The notes: generated by a model from the letters alone, not told the origin. DNA of 32,000 nt from Candidatus Bathyarchaeota archaeon (GCA_937898665.1 CALEIY010000127.1:9810-41809), one strand, 5' to 3'. Shown: positions 1 through 8,346, counted from the stretch's first letter. Made by a program: numbers and translations.

Positions 1-125
1 TAGGAGTCTTCAGCACTGGGACTGGTGTATTGCTCTGCGTCAGCATCCTCTACCAATATTATCAGGCCATCATCCAGGAGCAGATCGAGGAGCTCTACCC
101 CTTCCTCAGGGAGGCCCTGAGGTAG
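1..125 (+). CDS. secY: Preprotein translocase SecY, C-terminal fragment (5' end lies outside the window)
   Basis: Reading from nt 3 gives GVFSTGTGVLLCVSILYQYYQAIIQEQIEELYPFLREALR*, ending at TAG 123-125. From memory this resembles the last TM helix and tail of archaeal SecY (GTGVLLTVSIVYRMYEQ in Methanocaldococcus). It is absent from the ORF track because there is no start in the window. Confidence 0.6.
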   Translation, partial: GVFSTGTGVLLCVSILYQYYQAIIQEQIEELYPFLREALR

Positions 126-134
126 GGAGAGCTG

Positions 135-144
135 AATATTATAA
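135..144 (+). promoter_or_regulatory. TATA-like box upstream of alaX
   Basis: AATATTATAA is centred about 28 nt upstream of GTG 168. The spacing fits an archaeal TATA box and a leaderless or near-leaderless mRNA. Confidence 0.4.
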
Positions 145-167
145 CTACCGTTGTTATTCCAATCCAT

Positions 168-815
168 GTGGAGACGAGGAGGCTTTACTACGAGGATCCC
201 TATCTCAGGGAGTTTGAGGCTATAGTTATCGCGGTTGAGGGGGATGGCGTAATCCTCAACCAGACGGCCTTCTACCCCGAGGGCGGAGGACAAGCTGGGG
301 ATACGGGCACATTAAACGATGTGAAGGTCATAAACACCATCCAGAGGGATGGGCGCATCATCCACCTCGTTGAGAGGCCCACAGCCTTCAAAGTCGGCGA
401 TGAGGTTAGGGGAGTCCTCAATTGGAGTCGTCGATACAGGATTATGAAGCTCCACTCAGCGTCTCACATCATGGAATACTTCCTATATCAACGCCTAGGC
501 CCCCTGGAGAGGCTTGGATCCTACGTCGATGAGCGCAAAGACCGAGCCGACTACGCCTATGATGGGAGGCTCCCCCCAGAGGCTTTGAGATGGGTTGAGG
601 AGCAGACTAACCGCTTCATAGCTGAGGGGCATCCAATCGTCATCACCCTAGACCCCGATAGGCCTGGCTGGAGGATCTGGAGATGCGGCCCGATAGAGAT
701 GTACTGCGCCGGAACCCATGTGAGGAATACGAGGGAGATCGGCAGAGTCAGGCTGAGACGTCGAAATCCAGGTAGAGGCGTTGAGAGGGTTGAGACCCTA
801 TTAGCTGAGGATTGA
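168..815 (+). CDS. alaX: Alanyl-tRNA editing protein AlaX (Thr/Ala-tRNA synthetase second additional domain)
   Basis: N-terminus LYYEDPYLREFEA..QTAFYPEGGGQ.GD is AlaRS/AlaX-like. Zinc motifs HSASH (HxxxH) and CAGTHV (CxxxH) are present. GTG 168 is the first start-type codon after the in-frame TAG at 123-125. Confidence 0.85.
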   Translation: METRRLYYEDPYLREFEAIVIAVEGDGVILNQTAFYPEGGGQAGDTGTLNDVKVINTIQRDGRIIHLVERPTAFKVGDEVRGVLNWSRRYRIMKLHSASHIMEYFLYQRLGPLERLGSYVDERKDRADYAYDGRLPPEALRWVEEQTNRFIAEGHPIVITLDPDRPGWRIWRCGPIEMYCAGTHVRNTREIGRVRLRRRNPGRGVERVETLLAED

Positions 816-856
816 AGCTCTTAAATAGCTTGATCAAGGTTTTTTCGAGGAACGAT

Positions 857-2146
857 ATGTTCAGACCTCCAAGGGGGACTAGGGACTATCTCCCATGGGA
901 GATGTGGAGGAGGAATTGGGTCATAGACCGCATAAGGGAGGTCTTCGAGGCCTATGGCTATGAACCCCTCGGGACACCCGCCTTCGAGAGCTGGGAGATG
1001 CTGAAGCTCAAGAGCGGTGAGGACATCATCAGGGAGATCTACTACTTTAAGGATAAATCCAACAGGGAGCTGGGCCTCCGATTCGAGTGGACAGCCTCCC
1101 TCTGTAGGGTCGTCGCCTCCCATAGGGAGCTGCCAAAGCCCTTCAAACGCTACGCCATCGGCCCCGTCTGGCGATATGAGCGGCCATCGGAGAAGCGCCT
1201 AAGGGAGTTCTGGCAGGCAGACGTGGACATAGTCGGCGTCGCCGACCCGATAGCCGACGCGGAGGTCATATCAGTCGCCGTAGACGCCTTGAAACGCCTC
1301 GGCCTGGAGGGATTCAAGGTGAGGATCAACGATAGACGCATCCTAGAGGCCTTCGTCGAACTCCTAGAGCTGCCGAGGAATCTATCACTAGACATCTTCA
1401 GGGCGATAGACAAGCTGAACAAGATCGGCGTCGACGGCGTCGAGAGGGAGCTGTCAAAGCTCGGGATACCCGAGGAGAAGAGAGGGAAGCTGATGGAGAT
1501 GATCGATGTCAGGGGAGAGCCGGAGGAGAGACTTGGGGAGGTGGAGGAGATCCTTAAGCATTCCGAGTTGGGGCTTCGAGGCCTGGAGGCTCTAAGGGGC
1601 GTCGTCGAATACTCTGGGAGATTCGGCTTCAGGCCCCATCTACTTCTAGACCTAAGCCTCGCAAGGGGATTGGACTACTACACCGGCCCCGTCTTCGAGA
1701 TATATCTCGGCGATGTAAGCATCAGCATCGCCGCTGGAGGCCGATACGATGAGTTGATCCAGCTCTACGGCGGCGACCCAACACCGGCGACGGGCATCTC
1801 CCTAGGCGTCGAAAGGATCGTTGCCACCCTACAGGAGCTTGGAGTCCTAGATGATCTGAGGGTTGGAACCGAGGTCTTCGTCGCCTCAGCCTCCAACTCC
1901 GTGAGGGATAAGGCCATAGAGATCGCTCAGAGGCTTAGGAGGGCGGGCATATCAACGGACTTAGACTTGATGGGTAGAAGCCTCTCAAAGCAGCTTGAAT
2001 ACGCCAATCGAAGAGGCTTCAGGAAAGTCGTCATAGTCGGCTCCAGGGAGCTGGAGCAGGGGGGAGTCACGGTGAGGGATATGGAGACCGGAGAGCAGAG
2101 GTTCATCCCCCTGGAGAGTCTTTTGGATCATCTAGGCCCCCGCTGA
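857..2146 (+). CDS. hisS: Histidyl-tRNA synthetase (class II)
   Basis: PRGTRDYLP..., FRYERPQ-like WRYERPSEKRLREFWQ, GGRYD and a C-terminal anticodon-binding domain. The ORF track starts at TTG 812. ATG 857 (MFRPPRGTRDY) matches the conserved N-terminus and has a TATA-like CTTAAATAG about 32 nt upstream. Confidence 0.93.
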   Translation: MFRPPRGTRDYLPWEMWRRNWVIDRIREVFEAYGYEPLGTPAFESWEMLKLKSGEDIIREIYYFKDKSNRELGLRFEWTASLCRVVASHRELPKPFKRYAIGPVWRYERPSEKRLREFWQADVDIVGVADPIADAEVISVAVDALKRLGLEGFKVRINDRRILEAFVELLELPRNLSLDIFRAIDKLNKIGVDGVERELSKLGIPEEKRGKLMEMIDVRGEPEERLGEVEEILKHSELGLRGLEALRGVVEYSGRFGFRPHLLLDLSLARGLDYYTGPVFEIYLGDVSISIAAGGRYDELIQLYGGDPTPATGISLGVERIVATLQELGVLDDLRVGTEVFVASASNSVRDKAIEIAQRLRRAGISTDLDLMGRSLSKQLEYANRRGFRKVVIVGSRELEQGGVTVRDMETGEQRFIPLESLLDHLGPR

Positions 2147-2705
2147 AATCCATCTCCCTCAGCGTATAGTAGACAACCTCTCCACGTCTATCCACAACTG
2201 CGATCTTCAGGGTTCTCCCACCCTCCTCAGCCCTCTCAAGGGCCTCCATAAGCCTCCTAATGGGCTGGGGCGCCCCCTCTGGTAGGGGGTAGACCTCATA
2301 GCTGGGAGGCGCCCTGGGATAGGAGCCTCGCTCATAGACCAGCAGCGAGTGGGCCTCCTCCCGCACAACATACCCCTTCATCCTCAGATCACGGTAGATG
2401 AGATACCTTATCCAGAGGGATGTAGATGTCGAGGGCCTCCCCAGGAGGCTTCTCACGAGGTCTCCCAGGCGATCCCGCAGTCCCCCTCGGGTTGAGAGCC
2501 TCCTCAGGAGCTCCTTAAAGCCCAGTTTAACTCCCCGCTCATCATACACCTCGATGCGGTTTCTATCCAGGAGGTATAGGGCCTCGCAGGGGGTGAGACT
2601 TAATTGTCGATGCTTGAAGCTTCCATAGCCATCCTGATGGAGGCTATTAGCCTCGTCGAAGTCTGGGATGAGGATCGCTCCGTCGATGTATAGGGCCTTA
2701 ACCAA
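2103..2705 (-). CDS. endA: tRNA-splicing endonuclease EndA-family subunit (catalytic His apparently absent; possibly a structural subunit)
   Basis: LSLTPCEALYLL, YLIYRDLRMKGYVVR, LLVYERG and KIAVVDRRGEVVYYTL align with Methanocaldococcus EndA as I recall it. TTG start at 2705 has CTTTATGG about 31 nt upstream. The 3' end overlaps hisS by 44 nt. Confidence 0.85.
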   Translation of the reverse strand: MVKALYIDGAILIPDFDEANSLHQDGYGSFKHRQLSLTPCEALYLLDRNRIEVYDERGVKLGFKELLRRLSTRGGLRDRLGDLVRSLLGRPSTSTSLWIRYLIYRDLRMKGYVVREEAHSLLVYERGSYPRAPPSYEVYPLPEGAPQPIRRLMEALERAEEGGRTLKIAVVDRRGEVVYYTLREMDFSGGLDDPKDSPGG

Positions 2706-2764
2706 GTTCGACCACTCTAAGGATTAGGCATCCATAAAGGTTTCTGGATCGACCTCAGATACCT

Positions 2765-3187
2765 ATGATCCAGCCATCTCAGGGAATCATATCACTCATC
2801 GGGTTTACTCTCAGCGATCAGTGGGAGCTGTTTAGAATCCATAAACTTCATTTTATTCTAAATCTTTCCTCCGCCGGATTGACCCCAGCCTGGTGGCTCG
2901 CCCCCCTCTCCACCCTCTCAGCCCTCCTAGCCTCCCTCACCCTACTCGCGATATTGAGGGTGAGGATACCATCCCAGCAGCCCTCCATGGTGGAGGATCA
3001 GCCATCTAGACATCTCATCGATCCCTGGATGGATAGGCTTCTCGTGGCCACGATCCTGATATCCTCCATCACAAGTCTCCTCTCAACCATACCAGGCGTT
3101 GAGAGGCCATCGTGGCTGTTCCTCGCCCTCCAGGGCTTCACATACACCTCAGCAGCCCTATACTACGCATCGCTCAAGGAGGATTAG
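2765..3187 (+). CDS. Hypothetical small membrane protein
   Basis: It is the only sizeable ORF in the 470-nt gap between endA and nth, with about 3 hydrophobic segments (WWLAPLSTLSALLASLTLLAIL, LLVATILISSITSLL, WLFLALQGFTYTSAALYY). A start at TTG 2879 (102 aa) is plausible because the AT-rich TTTTATTCTAAAT lies about 25-30 nt upstream. No family recognised. Confidence 0.4.
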   Translation: MIQPSQGIISLIGFTLSDQWELFRIHKLHFILNLSSAGLTPAWWLAPLSTLSALLASLTLLAILRVRIPSQQPSMVEDQPSRHLIDPWMDRLLVATILISSITSLLSTIPGVERPSWLFLALQGFTYTSAALYYASLKED

Positions 3188-3875
3188 AGACGCCTCTCCT
3201 GGGGCAGAGATCCGAGAGGAAGCAGACATCACATCTAGGCCTCCTCGCTCGACATATCTCCCTCCCAAATCTGATGAGGGCTAGGTGGAGGTCTAGATAC
3301 CTCTCAGGGCTGGCGGCGGCCTCCAGGGTTCTCCTAACCTCATCATAGTCAGCCCCCCTGGGGACTAGGCCGAGTCTCACGGCTATTCGATGTATATGCC
3401 TATCTATGGGCAGCACCCTGAAGCCGCCCTCGAAGAGGAGAACCACGTCAGCCGTCTTCCTACCGACGCCTGGAAGCTCCATCAACAGCCTTCTCGCCTC
3501 CTCGTAGGGCCTATCTAAAAGAGGCTTCAGATCTCCCCCATATCGCCGCAGAACCAGCTCGGCTACACGCTTGATAACCCCAGCCCGTTGACGGTGCATG
3601 CCGGCGGGCCTTATAGCCTCGGCGATCTCCTCGATGGATGCCTCCGCCAGACGTCTAGGCTCCACCCCTATCAGGGATTCGAGGCGTCTATAGGCTGTCT
3701 GTGTGTTGGCCCTACTCGTGTTCTGGCTGAGGATGGTTCGAATCAAACCCTTGAAGGGGTCTCCAATCCTCGGGGGATGTATCACGCCGTAGCGGGTTAG
3801 AACACGGCTGACGATCTCCTCAACCCTCTCCAACCGCCGCCACAGCCTCCAATCGGGGCTTCTCAACCTCCTCAA
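3174..3875 (-). CDS. nth: Endonuclease III (HhH-GPD DNA glycosylase/AP lyase with a 4Fe-4S cluster)
   Basis: HhH-GPD motif LPGVGRKTADVVLLF..PIDRHIHR and cluster loop C-x6-C-x2-C-x5-C (CRARRPRCDVCFLSDLC). The start is TTG 3875, or TTG 3833 (ERVEEIVSRVL), which would reduce the overlap with hflX. Confidence 0.9.
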   Translation of the reverse strand: MRRLRSPDWRLWRRLERVEEIVSRVLTRYGVIHPPRIGDPFKGLIRTILSQNTSRANTQTAYRRLESLIGVEPRRLAEASIEEIAEAIRPAGMHRQRAGVIKRVAELVLRRYGGDLKPLLDRPYEEARRLLMELPGVGRKTADVVLLFEGGFRVLPIDRHIHRIAVRLGLVPRGADYDEVRRTLEAAASPERYLDLHLALIRFGREICRARRPRCDVCFLSDLCPRRGVSNPP

Positions 3876-4965
3876 GCCTCTGGATTATAAGCTGGAGGAG
3901 GCCGTCGAGGTTTATGCGCTCCTTCGCGGAGACGGCTATCCAGGGGAGGCCAAGCAGGGGGAGGCCGAGATCATCGCCGATGGATTCACCTCTCTCAGGG
4001 GCGAGGTCGAGCTTGTTGAAGACGACGATGATTCGATCTGGGGAGACCCCTATATCGGTGAGCAGCCTTACGCCCTCCCGCAGCTTCATCCTCAGCGTCA
4101 GGAGAGGGTCGTTGATCTCTAGGAGAAGCAGAACCAGGTCGGCGCATCTAATGTCCTCCAAGTTGAGTTCGAAGCTCTTTATCAGCCTCGGGTCGAGGTC
4201 TAGGACGAAGCCTATAGTGTCGATGAACAGAAGCGTCTTCCCATCCTCCAGATATCGACGCTGATACTTGCTGCTCAACGTCGTGAAGGGCTTAGGGCTG
4301 ACGGGCTTATCCTCCCCCGTCAGGGCGTTGAAGAGACTCGTCTTACCGGCGTTGTAGAAGCCTGAGATACAGATGATGGGGTATCCCAGCGACTTACGCT
4401 TATAGATGCGCCTCTGCTTCTCCCTCTTCAAGGCCTCTATGCGCTCCCTGATCTTCGCCTGCCTACGGGTGATCTCCCTCAATCGGCTGTGGTAGGCGTA
4501 CTCGCCCATGCTCCTGAAGAAGGGATGCTCATTCCTGAACTTCAGGGAGGCCTCCAACTTGAAGTAGGGCGCCAGCTTCTCCAATCTCGCAGCCTCGATC
4601 TGGAGCTTGCTTAGGTTGTCTGAGGCCATCCTGTCGAAGATCTCCAGCGTTATCTCATATCTGTCGACGACGTCGCATCCCAGCTCCCTGATGAGGTTAA
4701 GCTTCTGACTGCTGGTGAGGATGTTATAGAAGACGACGAGGTCGACGTGCTTCGCCTTCACGAAGCGCTTGATCTCAGCGACCTTCCCACTGCCGATGAG
4801 GAATTTGGAGTAGGGCTGACTCCTAGTCTGGATGAATTCACCGACGATCTCTAGGCCGAGAGTCTCCACTAGCCGTCTAAGCTCCGCCATCCTGATCTTG
4901 TATACGACGTGATCATGGACGTTGGTCTTCAGCATGCAGAGGACGGCTCTGCCCTCTGACTCCAC
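3820..4965 (-). CDS. hflX: GTPase HflX
   Basis: HflX N-domain (RAVLC.., IGSGKVAEIK), coiled linker, then G1 GFYNAGKTSLFNAL, G3 DTIGF and G4 NKLD. The ORF-track 628-aa ORF is over-extended. The likely start is GTG 4965 (ESEGRAVLC...) or ATG 4935. Confidence 0.9.
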   Translation of the reverse strand: MESEGRAVLCMLKTNVHDHVVYKIRMAELRRLVETLGLEIVGEFIQTRSQPYSKFLIGSGKVAEIKRFVKAKHVDLVVFYNILTSSQKLNLIRELGCDVVDRYEITLEIFDRMASDNLSKLQIEAARLEKLAPYFKLEASLKFRNEHPFFRSMGEYAYHSRLREITRRQAKIRERIEALKREKQRRIYKRKSLGYPIICISGFYNAGKTSLFNALTGEDKPVSPKPFTTLSSKYQRRYLEDGKTLLFIDTIGFVLDLDPRLIKSFELNLEDIRCADLVLLLLEINDPLLTLRMKLREGVRLLTDIGVSPDRIIVVFNKLDLAPERGESIGDDLGLPLLGLPWIAVSAKERINLDGLLQLIIQRLEEVEKPRLEAVAAVGEG

Positions 4966-4991
4966 CCACTCCCTCCTTCCCTTTACGAAGG

Positions 4992-4998
4992 ATTTAAT
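4992..4998. promoter_or_regulatory. Shared AT-rich TATA-like element between divergent hflX and amidohydrolase genes
   Basis: ATTTAAT (plus CTTTTAGG next to it) is the only AT-rich patch in the roughly 58-nt divergent spacer. It lies about 30 nt from GTG 4965 on the minus strand and about 29 nt from GTG 5024 on the plus strand. Confidence 0.4.
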
Positions 4999-5023
4999 CA
5001 CTTTTAGGCATATCTCATCAGAG

Positions 5024-6586
5024 GTGTCGAGGTTGCTGGCGATTGTGGGAGGCAGGATCATCGATGGAACGGGTCGTGAACCCATAGAGGATGGAGTCAT
5101 CCTCGTCGAAGGCGGCAGGATAAAGGCCGTCGGCAGACGGGGGGAGGTTGAGATACCGGAGGACGCCGAGGTCATCGATGCCTCAGGTAAAACCGTTCTG
5201 CCAGGCCTCATAGACGCCCACTGCCACTTCCTCATGATGGGCCTCGGCCTACTGAGATACATAGACCTAAGTGAGGCCAAGAGCCTCAAGGAGGCCCTTG
5301 AATTGGTGAGGAAGCGCGTCGAGGAGACCCCGAAGGGGCAGTGGGTTCTAGGCCGTGGATGGGATGAGAGCCACTGGCCTGAGCGGAGATACATAACGAA
5401 GGAGGACCTCGACCCCATAGCCCCAGACAACCCCGTGATGCTGGTGAGGATCTGCGGCCACCTCATCTCCGTCAACAGCAAGGCTCTGGAGATCGCGGGC
5501 ATAACCAGGGATACGCCGAATCCACCTGGGGGACTCATCGATAAGGGGCCGGATGGAGAGCCGACGGGCATCTTAAGGGACGCCCGTGAACTCATCGAGA
5601 GGGTTATACCGCCGCCGACGGAGGAGGAGGCCCTGGAGGGCTTGAAGAGGGCCTGCGACCTGGCCCTGAGGCTTGGATGCACCAGCATACAGGATGCAGG
5701 TCTCAACCCCTTCGCCCTCAGGGTCTATCAGAGGGCGTGGGAGGAGGGCGTCCTGAAGGTTAGAGCCTATCTCATGCTGGCTGAGGAGGCGGCTGAGGCG
5801 GCTGAGAAGCTGGGCATCAAAACCGGCTTCGGCGACGAGATGCTCCGCATAGGGTCCGTGAAGCTGCTGGCCGACGGCTCCATGGGTGCTAGAACCGCAG
5901 CCCTCTTCGAACCCTATGCCGACGACCCCTCCACCAGGGGGATCTTAACCCTCGAACCCGAGGAGCTCCGGAGGCTGATTAGGGAGGCTCACAGCCGTGG
6001 ATTCCAGGTGGCCGTCCACGCCATCGGCGACAGGGGAATAGAGGAGGTGATAAACGCCATAGAGGAGGCGCTGAGGGAGAATCCCAGACGAGACCACCGG
6101 CATCGAATAGAGCACTGCGAGGTGCTCACCCCAAATCAGATTGAGAGGATTAGGGAGCTGAACCTCATAGCCTCGATGCAGCCAAACTTCGTTGGAAACT
6201 GGAGTGGCCCTGGAGGCATGTATGAAGCCCGCCTAGGACCTGAGAGATTGAGGAGGAACAATCCCTATCGAGTGCTGCTGGATGAGGGTGTCCACGTCGC
6301 CTTCGGCTCAGACTCCATGCCCTTCCACCCCCTCTACGGCATCTGGTCAGCCGTCAACCATCCGATAAGGGAGAATCGCATAAGCGTCGTGGAGGCTGTT
6401 AGATGCTATACATGGGAGTCCGCCTACTCCAGCTTCGAGGAGCATCTTAAGGGGAGCCTTGAGCCTGGGAAGCTGGCCGATATAACCATCGTCGATGGAG
6501 ACATGATCAGGGAGCCTGACCGAATCAAGGATATGGAGGTCTATATGACGATAGTTGGGGGTAGAATCCTCTATCGAAGAGGTTGA
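5024..6586 (+). CDS. Metal-dependent amidohydrolase, YtcJ-like (Amidohydro_3 family), paralog 1
   Basis: N-terminal beta-sandwich (IVGGRIIDGTG..ILVEGGRIKAVG), LPGLIDAHCHF (HxH), AVHAIGD, FGSDS and the C-terminal GSLEPGKLADI motif. The ORF-track start at 4922 would run into hflX, so GTG 5024 or TTG 5033 fits the conserved N-terminus. Confidence 0.9.
   Translation: MSRLLAIVGGRIIDGTGREPIEDGVILVEGGRIKAVGRRGEVEIPEDAEVIDASGKTVLPGLIDAHCHFLMMGLGLLRYIDLSEAKSLKEALELVRKRVEETPKGQWVLGRGWDESHWPERRYITKEDLDPIAPDNPVMLVRICGHLISVNSKALEIAGITRDTPNPPGGLIDKGPDGEPTGILRDARELIERVIPPPTEEEALEGLKRACDLALRLGCTSIQDAGLNPFALRVYQRAWEEGVLKVRAYLMLAEEAAEAAEKLGIKTGFGDEMLRIGSVKLLADGSMGARTAALFEPYADDPSTRGILTLEPEELRRLIREAHSRGFQVAVHAIGDRGIEEVINAIEEALRENPRRDHRHRIEHCEVLTPNQIERIRELNLIASMQPNFVGNWSGPGGMYEARLGPERLRRNNPYRVLLDEGVHVAFGSDSMPFHPLYGIWSAVNHPIRENRISVVEAVRCYTWESAYSSFEEHLKGSLEPGKLADITIVDGDMIREPDRIKDMEVYMTIVGGRILYRRG
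5471..5503. repeat. 33-nt perfect inverted identity tract between the amidohydrolase paralogs (partner 12177..12209)
   Basis: GTCAACAGCAAGGCTCTGGAGATCGCGGGCATA is identical to the reverse complement of 12177-12209. Both are in frame and encode VNSKALEIAGI. Confidence 0.9.
5825..5847. repeat. 23-nt perfect inverted identity tract between the amidohydrolase paralogs (partner 11803..11825)
   Basis: GGCTTCGGCGACGAGATGCTCCG is identical to the reverse complement of 11803-11825 and encodes GFGDEMLR. Confidence 0.85.
6430..6477. repeat. 48-nt perfect inverted identity tract between the amidohydrolase paralogs (partner 11155..11202)
   Basis: CAGCTTCGAGGAGCATCTTAAGGGGAGCCTTGAGCCTGGGAAGCTGGC equals the reverse complement of 11155-11202, checked base by base. 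It encodes SFEEHLKGSLEPGKLA in both genes. Confidence 0.9.
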
Positions 6587-6600
6587 GCCGATTCAACGCC

Positions 6601-6609
6601 TTTTTATAG
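6601..6609 (+). promoter_or_regulatory. TATA-like box (also a T-tract after the amidohydrolase gene)
   Basis: TTTTTATAG lies 15 nt after the amidohydrolase stop and about 30 nt before TTG 6638. Confidence 0.35.
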
Positions 6610-6637
6610 GCCTCATGAAGGTTGATATTCGATAGAC

Positions 6638-6919
6638 TTGGGTAAGTTGAGGACCGTTGAGATAATCATCAGAGGCGATATAATAGAGAGGAATATCATC
6701 CTCAAATTGGCTGAGAGGCTTAGGGAGAGCGGCTTAAGGGCGGACTTCAGCAGCAGCATAGCCGTTCCACCCGTCTTAAAGGCGGTTGAGAGACGTTATC
6801 CAAGCCTGGCGGTTCTATACGCCACCGTCGACCTAGAAGACCTCTTCAGCTTCAAAGCCCTTGTGGAGGAGCTCTGCTCCCAGGAGGAGTGCACCATCCT
6901 CTCCTTCAAGGAGCTCTAG
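6638..6919 (+). CDS. Hypothetical protein (93 aa)
   Basis: ORF with a TTG start about 30 nt downstream of a TATA-like box. Its composition matches neighbouring genes and it sits just upstream of the DASS transporter. No family recognised. Confidence 0.45.
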   Translation: MGKLRTVEIIIRGDIIERNIILKLAERLRESGLRADFSSSIAVPPVLKAVERRYPSLAVLYATVDLEDLFSFKALVEELCSQEECTILSFKEL

Positions 6920-8307
6920 GGGATTTAGACTTGAAGCTTGGGCGGGGAGCTAAGTTCATCGCCGTCGCCTCGGCGTCAGCCCTCTCCTTCTACGCCTCCA
7001 GCGGCCTGCTCGCCCAGGGGGAGAGATGCGCCCTGACGCTGTTGATCCTGGCGGCGGGGCTGTGGATGACTGAGGCTCTTCCCCTCGCGGCCACATCGCT
7101 TTTGATACCCCTCCTCCAATCGATGCTGGGCATCCAGGGCTTCCGCGAGGCGCTTCAACCCTTCTTCGACCCCGTTGTCATGCTCCTCTTAGGCGGCTTC
7201 CTCCTAGCCGTAGCCGTCGATAAACATGATCTCGATGAGTATATCGCCCATCAAATCCTATCGAGATTCGGCGGCGATGCGAGGCTTCTAATCCTATTGA
7301 CGATGCTGACAACGGCCCTCCTGTCGATGTGGATCAGCAACACGGCCTCGACAGCTCTAATGCTGGCCATAGCGTTGAGGATGACCGAGGAGGTTAGAGA
7401 TTCGAGGGGGAATCTATCGAAGATCCTGGTCTTGGGAGTCGCCTACTCGGCCACCGTCGGGGGGTTGGCCACCCTCGTTGGGACAACCACCACGGCCATG
7501 GCCGCGGGGATGCTGAGGGAGATGACTGGATATGAGATCACCTTCCTAGGCTGGAGCCTATTAGGGCTGCCGATAACGTTGACCATGATCCCCATCATCT
7601 GGCTTCTCCTCCTAACCCTCTTCCCCACCGATGTGAAACGGCTTCCAACCCTAGAGGTGGAGCTGGAGATGAACCCTAGGCAGAGGTTGACTCTCATCCT
7701 CTTCGCGTCCTCCATAGTTCTATGGGCCACGGGTAGGCTGCCTGAACCCCTCGCAAGGCTGCTAGGCTGGGGTGGACATGGCCTATCCTCTGGGGCAGTC
7801 GCAGCCCTGATAGGATTCCTCCTCTTCCTAACGGGACTCCTCGACGAGCATGACATCTCAAGGGTTGATTGGGGGACGCTACTCCTCATCGGTGGAGGAC
7901 TAAGCCTAGGCTCAGCCCTCAAGGTCTCAGGGCTTACGGCGAGGATCGGGAGAGTCATCCTAAGCCTAGGTGGACTACCAACTTCGATGACCCTACTCCT
8001 AATAGCCTTCCTCAGCCTCGGAGTCAGCATCATAGCGAGCAACACCGCGAGTGCGGGGATCCTGCTACCCATCGTCATCGGCATGAGCGGAGCCATGGGG
8101 ATTAGGGCGAGCATACCCGCGGCCGTAGTCGGCATAGCCACCAGCCTAGACTTCATGCTACCAGTCGGGACGCCGCCCAACGCCATAGCCTATAGCACCG
8201 GCAAGGTCTCGCTGAGGGAGATGATCAAGGCTGGAATCCTCCTAGACATCATAGGCGGCCTCCTGACAACCCTGATGGCCCTCATCCTCTGGCCACATAT
8301 ACTGTGA
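6889..8307 (+). CDS. DASS/SLC13-family anion:Na+ symporter (ArsB/NhaD permease superfamily)
   Basis: Polytopic membrane protein with two hairpin-tip SNT motifs (WISNTASTALMLA and IASNTASAGILLP) plus PVGTPPNAIAY, as in VcINDY-type DASS transporters. The start is ambiguous: ATG 6889 overlaps the preceding ORF, and TTG 6931 is the alternative. Confidence 0.85.
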   Translation: MHHPLLQGALGDLDLKLGRGAKFIAVASASALSFYASSGLLAQGERCALTLLILAAGLWMTEALPLAATSLLIPLLQSMLGIQGFREALQPFFDPVVMLLLGGFLLAVAVDKHDLDEYIAHQILSRFGGDARLLILLTMLTTALLSMWISNTASTALMLAIALRMTEEVRDSRGNLSKILVLGVAYSATVGGLATLVGTTTTAMAAGMLREMTGYEITFLGWSLLGLPITLTMIPIIWLLLLTLFPTDVKRLPTLEVELEMNPRQRLTLILFASSIVLWATGRLPEPLARLLGWGGHGLSSGAVAALIGFLLFLTGLLDEHDISRVDWGTLLLIGGGLSLGSALKVSGLTARIGRVILSLGGLPTSMTLLLIAFLSLGVSIIASNTASAGILLPIVIGMSGAMGIRASIPAAVVGIATSLDFMLPVGTPPNAIAYSTGKVSLREMIKAGILLDIIGGLLTTLMALILWPHIL

Positions 8308-8346
8308 GGATAAGAGTGAAGAGCCTCGTCAACCATAGATCCCGAG

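Noticed and set aside
4936-5706. N-terminal approximately 250 aa of the 628-aa minus-strand ORF (3820..5706), which would make a giant HflX fusion
   Set aside because: That portion is low-complexity, S/R/P-rich, and lies exactly antisense to the well-conserved amidohydrolase gene. The HflX homology begins at RAVLCMLKT, so it is an antisense shadow ORF in GC-rich DNA.
7443-8186. 247-aa minus-strand ORF inside the DASS transporter gene
   Set aside because: It is R/P/S/M-rich with no motifs, and it mirrors the codon structure of a clearly real membrane protein on the other strand. The same reasoning applies to other antisense ORFs in the track:
- 821-1123
- 1150-1422
- 3914-4264
- 8190-8531
- 8730-9041
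- 10529-10951
- 13660-13971
- 14302-14706
- 16147-16488
- 17757-18068
- 18069-18362
- 21118-21495
- 23121-23471
- 27853-28440
- 28767-29093
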